NCBI RefSeq assembly: GCF_055900595.2
Contig: NZ_CM148325.1
Reading direction: 5' to 3' (one strand)
DNA: 64,000 nt
Shown: piece by piece, positions 9,787-19,354 of the stretch
How the letters are laid out: each line of letters begins with the position of its first letter
Numbering within the stretch: position 1 is the stretch's first letter
The notes under the pieces: model-generated
What the model was told of the DNA's origin: nothing
Database searches by the model: none
What the model saw: only the letters and a program-made list of their open reading frames with translations
Position numbers and translations under genes: made by a program

Positions 9787-11017
9787 TGAATCGATTTATC
9801 AGCAATATATGTACAGTTACCCGCATAAGACCGCTTATCGGGAATTAAACAATATTGCTTTTGCGGATGTGAAATCGCGTATTTACGAGCATAAAACACA
9901 TCTCTATATTCATATGCCTTTTTGCCAGAGCCGCTGCGGGTTTTGTAATCTCTTTACCTGCACGGGGGCAGACAATGCCTTTATCGACAACTACATAGAA
10001 GCAATTATTATCCAGGCCCGGCAAATGCAACTTGCGCCTGTAGACTGGGCCAGTTTTACCATTGGCGGCGGTACGCCACTACTGCTTAATACCGGGCAAC
10101 TGTCACGGTTGTTTCGCGGGGTGTTTGACGAATTACAGGTCGATGCGCAGATTTTTAAGGCAATTGAAACATCGCCTTCCGATACCACCGCCGAAAAGGT
10201 CGCGTTATTGCGCCAGCTTGCGGTAAACCGCGTCAGTATTGGCATTCAGAGTTTTAACGATCTGGAACTTGCCACATTACACCGCCGCCATAGTGCGGAA
10301 AATGCCCATCGGGCGCTGGAGCTACTGCGCAGGGGTAATTTCCCGATAATCAATATTGATATTATTTACGGTATTCCTGGTCAAACAGCCGCAAGTTTAA
10401 TGGCGTCGCTTAATCAAGCATTAGATTATCAGCCTGACGAACTGTTTCTGTACCCGCTATATAACATGCCGCGTCAGCCGGATATGTATAGCCTCTATAT
10501 TGAAGCCCGCGATCGCTTATTGCATGAAGGTTATACGCAAACGTCAATGCGCCGTTTTGTGCGGGTGAATAATGATTCGGCGGCTGAAAGTTGTGGCTTT
10601 GAAAATTCGCTGGCGCTTGGCGCGGGCGGGCGCAGTTATCTTGGCAATTTACATTACTGCACGCCGTGGTCGCAAAACCAGCCCGCATCGCGGCAAATTG
10701 TCACGGATTTTATCGCCCGGCCAGATAAGACCCAGATTCACCACGGCTATGTACTTTCACAAGCAGAAATGAAGCGGCGTTTTATTATCAAGAATCTCTT
10801 TTTCTATAAGGGGCTTTCGTTACGGGATTATCAGCACCAGTTCTTCTCTGAGGTATTAAGCGATTTTCCCCTGCTGGGCGATTTCATCAAACAAGATTAC
10901 TGCCACCAGCAGGATAATCGTATTCTGCTCACCGCGCAGGGTTTAGCGCTTTCGGACCAGCTTGGCCCGCTGTTTATCTCCCCGGAAGTTCGCAGGCTGG
11001 AGACGCATAAACGATGA
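9779..11017 (+). CDS. HemN/HemW-like radical SAM protein
   Basis: 412-aa ORF with YIHMPFCQSRCGFC (C49-x3-C53-x2-C56) radical SAM motif in HemN-like context; start overlaps the upstream stop. Confidence 0.8.
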   Translation: MNNESIYQQYMYSYPHKTAYRELNNIAFADVKSRIYEHKTHLYIHMPFCQSRCGFCNLFTCTGADNAFIDNYIEAIIIQARQMQLAPVDWASFTIGGGTPLLLNTGQLSRLFRGVFDELQVDAQIFKAIETSPSDTTAEKVALLRQLAVNRVSIGIQSFNDLELATLHRRHSAENAHRALELLRRGNFPIINIDIIYGIPGQTAASLMASLNQALDYQPDELFLYPLYNMPRQPDMYSLYIEARDRLLHEGYTQTSMRRFVRVNNDSAAESCGFENSLALGAGGRSYLGNLHYCTPWSQNQPASRQIVTDFIARPDKTQIHHGYVLSQAEMKRRFIIKNLFFYKGLSLRDYQHQFFSEVLSDFPLLGDFIKQDYCHQQDNRILLTAQGLALSDQLGPLFISPEVRRLETHKR

Positions 11018-11871
11018 CGCTCAAGCAGATCCAGACGCTGATTTATCGCGGCGAGATAAAGTCGTGTAATTATCGCTGTGGTTATTGCCCTTTTCATAAA
11101 CAAGACCGCAATGATAAACAGCAGGATGAAGTGGCATTATGGCGCATGGTTGAACATTTACCGGCGCAGGGTTCACCATTAAATGTATTTATTACGCCCT
11201 ACGGCGAAGCATTGCGTTATCGTTATTATATGGCGGCGATGGCGGAAATCAGCCGCTATTCCCATGTGCAGGCGGTGGGTATTCAGACCAACGCCTCTTT
11301 TAATTTATCCACCTTAGTCGCGACTTTTCAGCACTCTCAGGGCGATTTAGCAAAGCTGCGGCTGTGGTGTTCGTTTCATCCTTCCCAGGCAAGTAAAGAA
11401 GTTTTCCTTAAACAGTTACTGGCAATTAAGGACACGGGGATTACCTGTTCTGTGGGGGCCGTCGCCAGCGTAGCCGACTATGACGAATTACAGTGGTTAC
11501 GCGCGCATCTTCCTCCCGATATCTATTTCTGGCTAAACGCCAATGAGCGCGATAAAAGGCCCACCAGCGACGAAAGAAATAGCCAGTTTCAGTTGCTGGA
11601 CCCGCTTTATTATCTGGAAACCAGCCTCTGGCCTGCCAATGTCGAGTTTTGTCTGGGCGGCAAAAAGAGCGTGTTTATGAATGCTGATGGCGATCTCTTC
11701 GCCTGTAATATCAGCAAAATTAAGATTGGCAATTTATATCAACAGCAACTTTCATCTCCGTCTTGTATGTCCAGGCACTGTCACTGTTATCTGGCTTATC
11801 ACCTGCGTGAGGATATTCCGGCCCTCTCACAATTTGATGCTGAACGCTGCTTTCGGATCTTCTCGTTATGA
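11014..11871 (+). CDS. Small radical SAM protein with C-terminal Cys/His cluster
   Basis: 285-aa ORF; CNYRCGYC (C18-x3-C22-x2-C25) near N-terminus; C231, C251, C256, C258 near C-terminus; ATGA overlap with upstream stop. Confidence 0.75.
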   Translation: MTLKQIQTLIYRGEIKSCNYRCGYCPFHKQDRNDKQQDEVALWRMVEHLPAQGSPLNVFITPYGEALRYRYYMAAMAEISRYSHVQAVGIQTNASFNLSTLVATFQHSQGDLAKLRLWCSFHPSQASKEVFLKQLLAIKDTGITCSVGAVASVADYDELQWLRAHLPPDIYFWLNANERDKRPTSDERNSQFQLLDPLYYLETSLWPANVEFCLGGKKSVFMNADGDLFACNISKIKIGNLYQQQLSSPSCMSRHCHCYLAYHLREDIPALSQFDAERCFRIFSL

Positions 11872-12563
11872 TCTGGCGGTTAATCGCGCTCGATTTAGAC
11901 GGCACATTGCTGAACAGCAAGAAGATGATTTCCCCTGCGTCTGTTTCGGCACTGCAAAGCGCACAACAGGCAGGTGTGAAAATTATCCTCGCCACCGGAC
12001 GTTCGCACAGCGAAGCCCTGCCTTATTACCAACAATTGCAGTTAACCGAGCCGATGATTTGCTGTAACGGCAGCTATCTTTATCATCCGCGCCAGCGGCA
12101 AATATTGCGTCCGCTGGCGCTTGATATCCACAAGGTGGAAAGGCTACGACTCTGGTTTTCACAACAAATATTGCAGCCAAATATTTATACGTACGATGAT
12201 TTTGTTTTGCAGATTAGCCTGATACACCGCAAGGCTTCGTTATTGCGCCAGACAGAGGAATTTGCCCGACAAGAATTATCGCTGGCCTGTAGCTGGTCCT
12301 GGCATCATCAACTGGATATTACACAGGTGGGGTGTGAGAAAGGCAAAAGTCTGGCCTGGTATGCCCGACAGCAAAATATCGTGCTGGATGAAATCATCGC
12401 CTTTGGCGATAACGATAATGATGCGGGGATGCTGCGGATGGTAGGCAAAGGGATTGCGATGGGCAATGGCAGTTCGCTGGCAAAAGTCAGTGCTGACCGC
12501 GTTATTGGTCACAACAACACAGATGCTATTGCGGATTTTCTTGATGCGCAGGGTTTCAGATGA
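11868..12563 (+). CDS. HAD-superfamily Cof-type phosphatase
   Basis: 231-aa ORF with N-terminal ALDLDGTLL motif (HAD motif I) and GDNDND near the C-terminus; ATGA overlap with upstream stop. Confidence 0.8.
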   Translation: MIWRLIALDLDGTLLNSKKMISPASVSALQSAQQAGVKIILATGRSHSEALPYYQQLQLTEPMICCNGSYLYHPRQRQILRPLALDIHKVERLRLWFSQQILQPNIYTYDDFVLQISLIHRKASLLRQTEEFARQELSLACSWSWHHQLDITQVGCEKGKSLAWYARQQNIVLDEIIAFGDNDNDAGMLRMVGKGIAMGNGSSLAKVSADRVIGHNNTDAIADFLDAQGFR

Positions 12564-12564
12564 C

Positions 12565-12600
12565 GCCTGATGCGATGCTGACGCATCTTATCAGGCCTAC
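12565..12600. repeat. REP (repetitive extragenic palindromic) element
   Basis: gcctgatgcgatgctgacgcatcttatcaggcctac, the typical enterobacterial REP palindrome. Confidence 0.75.
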
Positions 12601-12604
12601 AAAA

Positions 12605-12637
12605 GCAAAAAACCTGCCATCGCTGGCAGGTTTTTTA
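12605..12637. terminator. Bidirectional rho-independent terminator (typA and the upstream operon)
   Basis: A-tract, cctgccatcgctggcagg hairpin, then TTTTTT, between convergent genes. Confidence 0.8.
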
Positions 12638-12653
12638 TGACTAAAAAACGAAA

Positions 12654-14477
12654 TTAATCGTCTTTCGGTGCGCGGTTGGCGCGACGACGATCGTTTTCCG
12701 TCAGGTGACGTTTACGAATACGGATAGAGGTCGGAGTCACTTCTACCAGTTCGTCATCATCGATGAACTCCAGCGCTTGTTCCAGCGTCATGCGGATAGG
12801 CGGAACCAGAACAACGGCTTCGTCAGTACCGGAAGCACGCATGTTGGTCAGTTTCTTACCGGTCAGACAGTTTACAGTCAGGTCGTTAGAACGGCTGTGA
12901 ATACCGATAATCTGACCTTCGTAAACTTCTGCACCGTGACCGAGGAACAGCTTACCGCGATCCTGCAGACCGAACAGCGCGAACGCGACCGCTTTACCCT
13001 GACCGTTAGAGATCAGTACGCCGTTCTGACGCTGACCCACTTCACCCGGACGCACGTCGTCGTAGTGGCTGAAGGTGGAGTACAACAGACCCGTACCAGA
13101 GGTCATGGTCATGAACTCAGAACGGAAGCCAATCAGACCACGGCTTGGGATCACGTAGTCGAGACGTACGCGGCCTTTACCGTCTGGATTCATGTTTTTC
13201 AGGTCGCCTTTACGTTCGCCCAGCGCCTGCATCACAGAACCCTGATGCTGTTCTTCAACGTCCAGCGTCACGTTTTCATACGGCTCTTGTTTACGACCGT
13301 CGATTTCACGGAAGATAACTTTCGGACGGGATACCGCCAGTTCGAAACCTTCACGACGCATGTTTTCGATCAGAACAGACAGGTGCAGTTCGCCACGACC
13401 AGAAACGCGGAACGCATCGGCGTCTTCAGTTTCTTCTACGCGCAGCGCAACGTTGTGTACCAGTTCTTTGTTCAGACGATCCAGAATCTGACGAGACGTT
13501 ACGAACTTACCTTCTTTACCGCAGAACGGCGAGGTGTTAACGCAGAAGAACATAGAAACGGTCGGCTCATCAACGGAGAGTGCCGGCAGCGCTTCAACGT
13601 TTTGCGTGTCGCAAACGGTGTCAGAAATGTTCAGTTCGCCCAGGCCCGTGATCGCCACGATATCGCCAGCTTCCGCCAGATCGGTTTCGATACGTTCCAG
13701 ACCGAGGTGGCCCAGCACTTTACCGACTTTCGCGTTGCGGGTTTTGCCTTCGCTATCGATGATAGTAACTTGCTGGTTCGGCTTCACTTTACCGCGCTTG
13801 ATGCGGCCAATGCCGATAACGCCAACATAGCTGTTGTAATCGAGCTGAGAAATCTGCATCTGGAACGGACCGTCAAGGTCAACGTCCGGCGCAGGAACGT
13901 GGTCAACAATTGCCTGATACAGCGGGGTCATGTCTTCCGCCATATCTTCGTGGTCCAGACCGGCGATACCGTTCAGCGCAGAAGCGTAAACGATCGGGAA
14001 GTCCAGCTGCTCGTCGGTCGCGTCGAGGTTAACGAACAGGTCGAATACCTGATCCACAACCCAGTCAGGACGCGCGCCAGGGCGGTCAACTTTGTTGATA
14101 ACAACAATTGGCTTCAGGCCGTAAGCAAACGCTTTTTTGGTTACGAAGCGCGTTTGCGGCATCGGGCCGTCAAATGCGTCAACCACCAGCAGCACTGAGT
14201 CTACCATGGACATTACACGTTCAACTTCACCACCGAAGTCGGCGTGCCCCGGGGTATCAACGATGTTGATACGGTAATCATTCCATTTGATAGCGGTGTT
14301 TTTCGCGAGGATGGTAATCCCACGCTCTTTCTCCAAATCGTTGGAGTCCATCACGCGCTCTTGGGTTTCGGCACGAGAGTCGAACGTACCGGATTGTTGG
14401 AGCAGCTTGTCTACCAGGGTGGTTTTACCATGGTCTACGTGCGCGATGATGGCGATATTACGCAATTTTTCGATCAC
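12654..14477 (-). CDS. typA: Ribosome-associated translational GTPase BipA/TypA
   Basis: 607-aa ORF with G-domain motifs ([18 protein letters not shown]). Confidence 0.95.
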   Translation of the reverse strand: MIEKLRNIAIIAHVDHGKTTLVDKLLQQSGTFDSRAETQERVMDSNDLEKERGITILAKNTAIKWNDYRINIVDTPGHADFGGEVERVMSMVDSVLLVVDAFDGPMPQTRFVTKKAFAYGLKPIVVINKVDRPGARPDWVVDQVFDLFVNLDATDEQLDFPIVYASALNGIAGLDHEDMAEDMTPLYQAIVDHVPAPDVDLDGPFQMQISQLDYNSYVGVIGIGRIKRGKVKPNQQVTIIDSEGKTRNAKVGKVLGHLGLERIETDLAEAGDIVAITGLGELNISDTVCDTQNVEALPALSVDEPTVSMFFCVNTSPFCGKEGKFVTSRQILDRLNKELVHNVALRVEETEDADAFRVSGRGELHLSVLIENMRREGFELAVSRPKVIFREIDGRKQEPYENVTLDVEEQHQGSVMQALGERKGDLKNMNPDGKGRVRLDYVIPSRGLIGFRSEFMTMTSGTGLLYSTFSHYDDVRPGEVGQRQNGVLISNGQGKAVAFALFGLQDRGKLFLGHGAEVYEGQIIGIHSRSNDLTVNCLTGKKLTNMRASGTDEAVVLVPPIRMTLEQALEFIDDDELVEVTPTSIRIRKRHLTENDRRRANRAPKDD

Positions 14478-14626
14478 AACTTTGCCTCAGGCATTAGAAA
14501 TAGCGCGTTATTGTACACGGATTAATCGCACTACAAAACAGGATCACAAACATCCTCCGCAAACAAGTATTGCAGAGTCCCTTTGTGATCGCTTTCACGG
14601 AGCATAAAAAGGGTTATCCAAAGGTC

Positions 14627-14720
14627 ATTGCACCAATATGGTGCTTAATGTTTCCATTGAAGCACTATATTGGTGCAATATTCACATCGTGGTGCAGCCC
14701 TTTTGCACGATGGTGCGCAT
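14627..14720 (+). promoter_or_regulatory. NtrC (NRI) enhancer binding sites upstream of glnA
   Basis: Repeated TGCACC-N5-GGTGCA-like dyads (tgcaccaatatggtgc, gcactatattggtgca, ggtgcagcccttttgcac). Confidence 0.7.
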
Positions 14721-14749
14721 GATAACGCCTTTTAGGGGCAATTTAAAAG

Positions 14750-14766
14750 TTGGCACAGTTTTCGCT
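14750..14766 (+). promoter_or_regulatory. Sigma-54 promoter glnAp2
   Basis: tTGGCACagttttCGCt matches the -24 GG / -12 GC sigma-54 consensus about 85 bp upstream of glnA. Confidence 0.8.
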
Positions 14767-14849
14767 TTATCTTTTTTACGGCGACACGGCCAAAATAATT
14801 GCAGATTTCGTTACCACGACGACCATGACCAATCCAGGAGAGTTAAAGT

Positions 14850-16259
14850 ATGTCCGCTGAACACGTACTGACGATGCTGAACGAGCACGAAGTGAAGTTT
14901 GTTGATTTGCGCTTCACCGATACCAAAGGTAAAGAACAGCACGTCACTATCCCTGCTCATCAGGTGAATGCTGAATTCTTCGAAGAAGGCAAAATGTTTG
15001 ACGGCTCCTCGATTGGCGGCTGGAAAGGCATTAACGAATCCGACATGGTGCTGATGCCAGACGCATCCACCGCAGTGATTGACCCGTTCTTCGCGGACTC
15101 TACCCTGATTATCCGTTGCGATATCCTTGAACCAGGCACCCTGCAAGGCTATGACCGTGACCCGCGTTCCATCGCGAAGCGCGCTGAAGATTACCTGCGT
15201 TCTACTGGCATTGCCGACACCGTACTGTTCGGGCCAGAACCTGAATTCTTCCTGTTCGATGACATCCGTTTCGGCGCGTCTATCTCCGGTTCTCATGTTG
15301 CCATCGACGATATCGAAGGTGCATGGAACTCCTCCACCAAATATGAAGGTGGTAACAAAGGTCACCGTCCGGCAGTGAAAGGCGGTTACTTCCCGGTTCC
15401 GCCGGTAGACTCTGCTCAGGATATCCGTTCTGAAATGTGTCTGGTGATGGAACAGATGGGACTGGTAGTTGAAGCCCATCACCACGAAGTAGCGACTGCT
15501 GGTCAGAACGAAGTGGCTACCCGCTTCAATACCATGACCAAAAAAGCTGACGAAATTCAGATCTACAAATATGTTGTGCACAACGTAGCACACCGCTTCG
15601 GTAAAACCGCGACCTTTATGCCAAAACCGATGTTCGGTGATAACGGCTCCGGTATGCACTGCCACATGTCACTGTCTAAAAACGGCGTCAACCTGTTCGC
15701 TGGCGACAAATATGCAGGTCTGTCTGAGCAGGCGTTGTACTACATTGGCGGCGTAATCAAACACGCTAAAGCAATTAACGCCCTGGCAAACCCGACCACC
15801 AACTCTTACAAGCGTCTGGTCCCGGGCTACGAAGCACCGGTAATGCTGGCTTACTCTGCGCGCAACCGTTCTGCGTCTATCCGTATTCCAGTGGTTTCTT
15901 CTCCGAAAGCACGTCGTATCGAAGTCCGTTTCCCGGACCCAGCGGCTAACCCGTACCTGTGCTTTGCTGCCCTGCTGATGGCCGGTCTTGATGGTATCAA
16001 GAACAAGATCCACCCAGGCGAAGCCATGGACAAAAACCTGTATGACCTGCCGCCAGAAGAAGCGAAAGAGATCCCACAGGTTGCAGGCTCTCTGGAAGAA
16101 GCACTGAACGAACTGGATCTGGACCGCGAGTTCCTGAAAGCCGGTGGCGTGTTCACTGACGAAGCCATTGATGCGTACATCGCTCTGCGTCGCGAAGAAA
16201 ATGACCGCGTGCGTATGACTCCGCATCCGGTAGAGTTTGAGCTGTACTACAGCGTCTAA
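14850..16259 (+). CDS. glnA: Glutamine synthetase
   Basis: 469-aa ORF recognised as E. coli GlnA. Confidence 0.95.
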   Translation: MSAEHVLTMLNEHEVKFVDLRFTDTKGKEQHVTIPAHQVNAEFFEEGKMFDGSSIGGWKGINESDMVLMPDASTAVIDPFFADSTLIIRCDILEPGTLQGYDRDPRSIAKRAEDYLRSTGIADTVLFGPEPEFFLFDDIRFGASISGSHVAIDDIEGAWNSSTKYEGGNKGHRPAVKGGYFPVPPVDSAQDIRSEMCLVMEQMGLVVEAHHHEVATAGQNEVATRFNTMTKKADEIQIYKYVVHNVAHRFGKTATFMPKPMFGDNGSGMHCHMSLSKNGVNLFAGDKYAGLSEQALYYIGGVIKHAKAINALANPTTNSYKRLVPGYEAPVMLAYSARNRSASIRIPVVSSPKARRIEVRFPDPAANPYLCFAALLMAGLDGIKNKIHPGEAMDKNLYDLPPEEAKEIPQVAGSLEEALNELDLDREFLKAGGVFTDEAIDAYIALRREENDRVRMTPHPVEFELYYSV

Positions 16260-16320
16260 TAGTTGAAGTTGTACTACCCGGTGCTAAGAAGGCCGGGATT
16301 TAGTTGCCGTGGAAACTTTC

Positions 16321-16346
16321 AGCCCATCTCTGCATGGGCTTTTTTC
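16321..16346 (+). terminator. glnA rho-independent terminator
   Basis: agcccatctctgcatgggct hairpin followed by TTTTTT. Confidence 0.75.
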
Positions 16347-16390
16347 TCCGTAACTTCTTTGATGCTTCGCGCTTTTTATCCGTAAAAAGC

Positions 16391-16412
16391 TATAATGCAC
16401 TAAAATGGTGCA
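16391..16412 (+). promoter_or_regulatory. glnL promoter -10 with overlapping NtrC site
   Basis: TATAAT immediately followed by gcactaaaatggtgca dyad. Confidence 0.6.
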
Positions 16413-16433
16413 ACCTGTTCAGGAGACTGCTTT

Positions 16434-17483
16434 ATGGCAACAGGCACGCAGCCCGATGCTGGGCAGATCCTCAACTCGCTGATTAACAGTATTTTGTTAA
16501 TTGATGACAACCTGGCGATCCATTACGCCAACCCCGCCGCACAACAACTGCTCGCTCAAAGCTCCCGCAAATTGTTTGGTACACCGTTACCGGAACTGTT
16601 GAGCTACTTCTCATTAAATATCGAGCTGATGCAAGAAAGTCTTGAGGCGGGGCAAGGTTTTACCGATAACGAAGTGACGCTGGTCATCGACGGGCGCTCG
16701 CATATCCTTTCTGTGACGGCCCAGCGTATGCCGGACGGCATGATCCTGCTGGAGATGGCACCGATGGATAACCAGCGCCGCTTAAGTCAGGAACAGCTAC
16801 AGCACGCCCAGCAGGTTGCTGCCCGTGATTTAGTGCGCGGCCTGGCGCATGAGATTAAAAATCCGCTTGGCGGTTTACGTGGCGCGGCCCAGTTGCTCAG
16901 CAAAGCATTACCTGACCCGTCACTGCTCGAATATACCAAAGTGATTATCGAACAGGCGGACCGGCTGCGAAATCTGGTCGACCGTCTGTTGGGGCCGCAG
17001 CTGCCTGGTACGCGCGTTACCGAAAGTATTCACAAAGTGGCTGAACGCGTGGTGACGTTGGTGTCGATGGAACTGCCGGACAACGTGCGGTTGATTCGTG
17101 ATTACGACCCCAGCCTGCCGGAACTGGCGCACGACCCGGATCAAATTGAACAGGTATTGCTGAATATTGTGCGCAATGCACTTCAGGCGCTGGGGCCGGA
17201 AGGTGGTGAAATCATTCTGCGTACCCGCACCGCGTTTCAACTGACTTTACACGGCGAGCGCTATCGGCTGGCGGCGCGGATTGATGTGGAAGATAACGGG
17301 CCAGGCATTCCGCCTCATTTGCAGGATACGCTGTTTTACCCGATGGTCAGCGGCCGCGAAGGTGGCACCGGGCTTGGCTTATCCATCGCCCGTAATTTGA
17401 TTGATCAGCATTCAGGCAAAATTGAATTTACCAGTTGGCCAGGTCATACCGAGTTCTCGGTTTACCTGCCTATCAGGAAATAA
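16434..17483 (+). CDS. glnL: Nitrogen regulation sensor histidine kinase NtrB
   Basis: 349-aa ORF with H-box ([11 protein letters not shown]) and ATPase motifs. Confidence 0.95.
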
Positions 17484-17494
17484 AGGTGACGTTT

Positions 17495-18904
17495 ATGCAA
17501 CGAGGGATAGTCTGGGTAGTCGATGACGATAGTTCCATCCGTTGGGTGCTTGAACGTGCGCTCGCTGGAGCAGGTTTAACCTGTACGACGTTTGAGAACG
17601 GCGCGGAAGTGCTGGAGGCGCTGGCGAGCAAAACACCGGATGTACTGCTGTCGGATATCCGTATGCCGGGAATGGACGGGCTTGCGCTGCTCAAGCAGAT
17701 TAAACAGCGCCATCCGATGCTTCCGGTCATCATTATGACCGCACATTCCGATCTGGATGCTGCCGTCAGCGCCTATCAACAAGGGGCGTTTGATTATCTG
17801 CCTAAACCATTTGATATCGACGAAGCCGTGGCGCTGGTTGAGCGCGCCATCAGCCATTATCAGGAACAGCAGCAACCGCGTAATGTTCAGCTTAACGGCC
17901 CGACGACCGATATCATCGGCGAAGCGCCAGCCATGCAGGACGTGTTCCGGATTATCGGTCGGCTTTCACGTTCTTCTATTAGTGTGCTGATTAACGGCGA
18001 GTCCGGTACCGGTAAAGAATTGGTCGCTCATGCCCTGCATCGCCACAGTCCGCGAGCCAAAGCGCCGTTTATCGCGCTGAATATGGCGGCTATCCCGAAG
18101 GATTTGATCGAATCAGAACTGTTCGGTCACGAGAAAGGCGCGTTTACCGGCGCGAATACCATTCGTCAGGGGCGTTTTGAACAGGCCGATGGCGGCACGT
18201 TATTCCTCGATGAAATTGGCGATATGCCGCTCGATGTACAGACGCGTTTGCTGCGCGTGCTGGCAGACGGTCAGTTTTATCGCGTTGGCGGTTATGCGCC
18301 GGTGAAAGTGGATGTGCGGATTATCGCTGCGACCCACCAGAATCTCGAACAGCGGGTACAGGAAGGCAAGTTCCGTGAGGATTTGTTCCACCGCCTGAAC
18401 GTTATCCGCGTTCATCTGCCGCCATTGCGCGAGCGTCGGGAAGATATTCCCCGTCTGGCACGCCATTTTTTACAGGTTGCCGCGCGCGAACTGGGCGTAG
18501 AAGCGAAGTTGCTGCATCCGGAAACCGAAGCCGCGCTGACGCGTCTGGCATGGCCGGGTAACGTGCGCCAGCTGGAAAACACCTGCCGCTGGCTAACGGT
18601 GATGGCCGCCGGGCAGGAAGTGTTGATTCAGGATTTGCCAGGCGAACTGTTTGAATCAACCGTAGCGGAAAGCCCTTCGCAATTACAGCCGGACAGTTGG
18701 GCAACGCTGTTAGCGCAGTGGGCAGACAGAGCGCTACGTTCCGGTCATCAAAACCTGCTTTCCGAAGCGCAGCCTGAGCTTGAGCGGACATTACTGACAA
18801 CCGCGTTGCGACATACGCAGGGGCATAAACAGGAAGCGGCGCGGCTACTCGGCTGGGGGCGTAACACACTGACGCGGAAGTTAAAAGAGCTGGGGATGGA
18901 GTGA
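17495..18904 (+). CDS. glnG: Nitrogen regulation response regulator NtrC (sigma-54 activator)
   Basis: 469 aa from the [12 protein letters not shown] start; receiver domain, AAA+ [14 protein letters not shown] motif and C-terminal HTH. The ORF track's upstream extension is rejected. Confidence 0.95.
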   Translation: MQRGIVWVVDDDSSIRWVLERALAGAGLTCTTFENGAEVLEALASKTPDVLLSDIRMPGMDGLALLKQIKQRHPMLPVIIMTAHSDLDAAVSAYQQGAFDYLPKPFDIDEAVALVERAISHYQEQQQPRNVQLNGPTTDIIGEAPAMQDVFRIIGRLSRSSISVLINGESGTGKELVAHALHRHSPRAKAPFIALNMAAIPKDLIESELFGHEKGAFTGANTIRQGRFEQADGGTLFLDEIGDMPLDVQTRLLRVLADGQFYRVGGYAPVKVDVRIIAATHQNLEQRVQEGKFREDLFHRLNVIRVHLPPLRERREDIPRLARHFLQVAARELGVEAKLLHPETEAALTRLAWPGNVRQLENTCRWLTVMAAGQEVLIQDLPGELFESTVAESPSQLQPDSWATLLAQWADRALRSGHQNLLSEAQPELERTLLTTALRHTQGHKQEAARLLGWGRNTLTRKLKELGME

Positions 18905-18940
18905 TTCACGGCTTGTGTGTAAAGATTGATTATTGAGCGC

Positions 18941-18968
18941 AAATTGCTGGTATTTTGCGCTTTACTGT
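18941..18968 (+). terminator. Possible weak terminator after glnG
   Basis: agcgcaaattgctggtattttgcgct hairpin followed by a T-containing stretch. Confidence 0.35.
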
Positions 18969-19015
18969 TCCGATAAGTTCAGTATGATCTTGCCCGGAAA
19001 ACGGGGAGAGTCATT

Positions 19016-19126
19016 ATGCTGGAATCAATAATTAATCTCGTATCGAGTGGCGCAGTTGACAGCCACACACCACAAACTGCTGTTGCTGCTGTTCTGTGTG
19101 CCGCGATGATTGGGCTGTTTAGCTGA
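19016..19126 (+). CDS. yshB: Small hydrophobic protein (36 aa), YshB-like
   Basis: ATG preceded by GGGGAGAG; MLESIINLVSSGAVDSHTPQTAVAAVLCAAMIGLFS; I recall a small ORF of this kind between glnG and hemN. Confidence 0.55.
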   Translation: MLESIINLVSSGAVDSHTPQTAVAAVLCAAMIGLFS

Positions 19127-19140
19127 AGCTCGTTGTTTAT

Positions 19141-19244
19141 GCCGGATGCGGAGAAAGTCGTAGGCCTGATAAGACGCGACCAGCGTCGCATCAGGCATCA
19201 TGCTCAGATGCCGGATGCAGCGTAAACGCCTTATCCGGCCTACA
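19141..19244. repeat. REP/BIME cluster
   Basis: Several gccggatgcg...cgcatccggc / gcctgataagacgcg...cgtcgcatcaggc palindromic units. Confidence 0.75.
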
Positions 19245-19354
19245 AAAGCAATAATTTCAACAGGTTTTCTTAACCAGCGCATCAAGCAATCTTGTTCTCA
19301 GCACATTGATGGCGCTTTCGTTTTCTACTTTGTAAACGAAGCGCCATTCACCAT

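Noticed and set aside
7026-12563. Possibility that the six-gene cluster is a prophage remnant or transposon
   Set aside because: No integrase, transposase, terminal inverted repeats, tRNA attachment site or direct repeats were seen; flanks are intact core genes. It is better described as a chromosomal accessory operon.
12705-14198. 497-aa + strand ORF
   Set aside because: Lies entirely antisense to typA; translation is a low-complexity R/V/F/T/Q-rich string with no ribosome-binding site. Shadow ORF of a highly expressed gene.
14811-16226. Two long - strand ORFs (284 and 185 aa)
   Set aside because: Antisense to glnA; composition typical of reverse-frame artefacts.
19141-19244. Clustered short palindromic repeats, considered as a possible CRISPR array
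   Set aside because: The units are imperfect REP/BIME palindromes at several unrelated intergenic sites, with no regular repeat-spacer periodicity and no cas genes.
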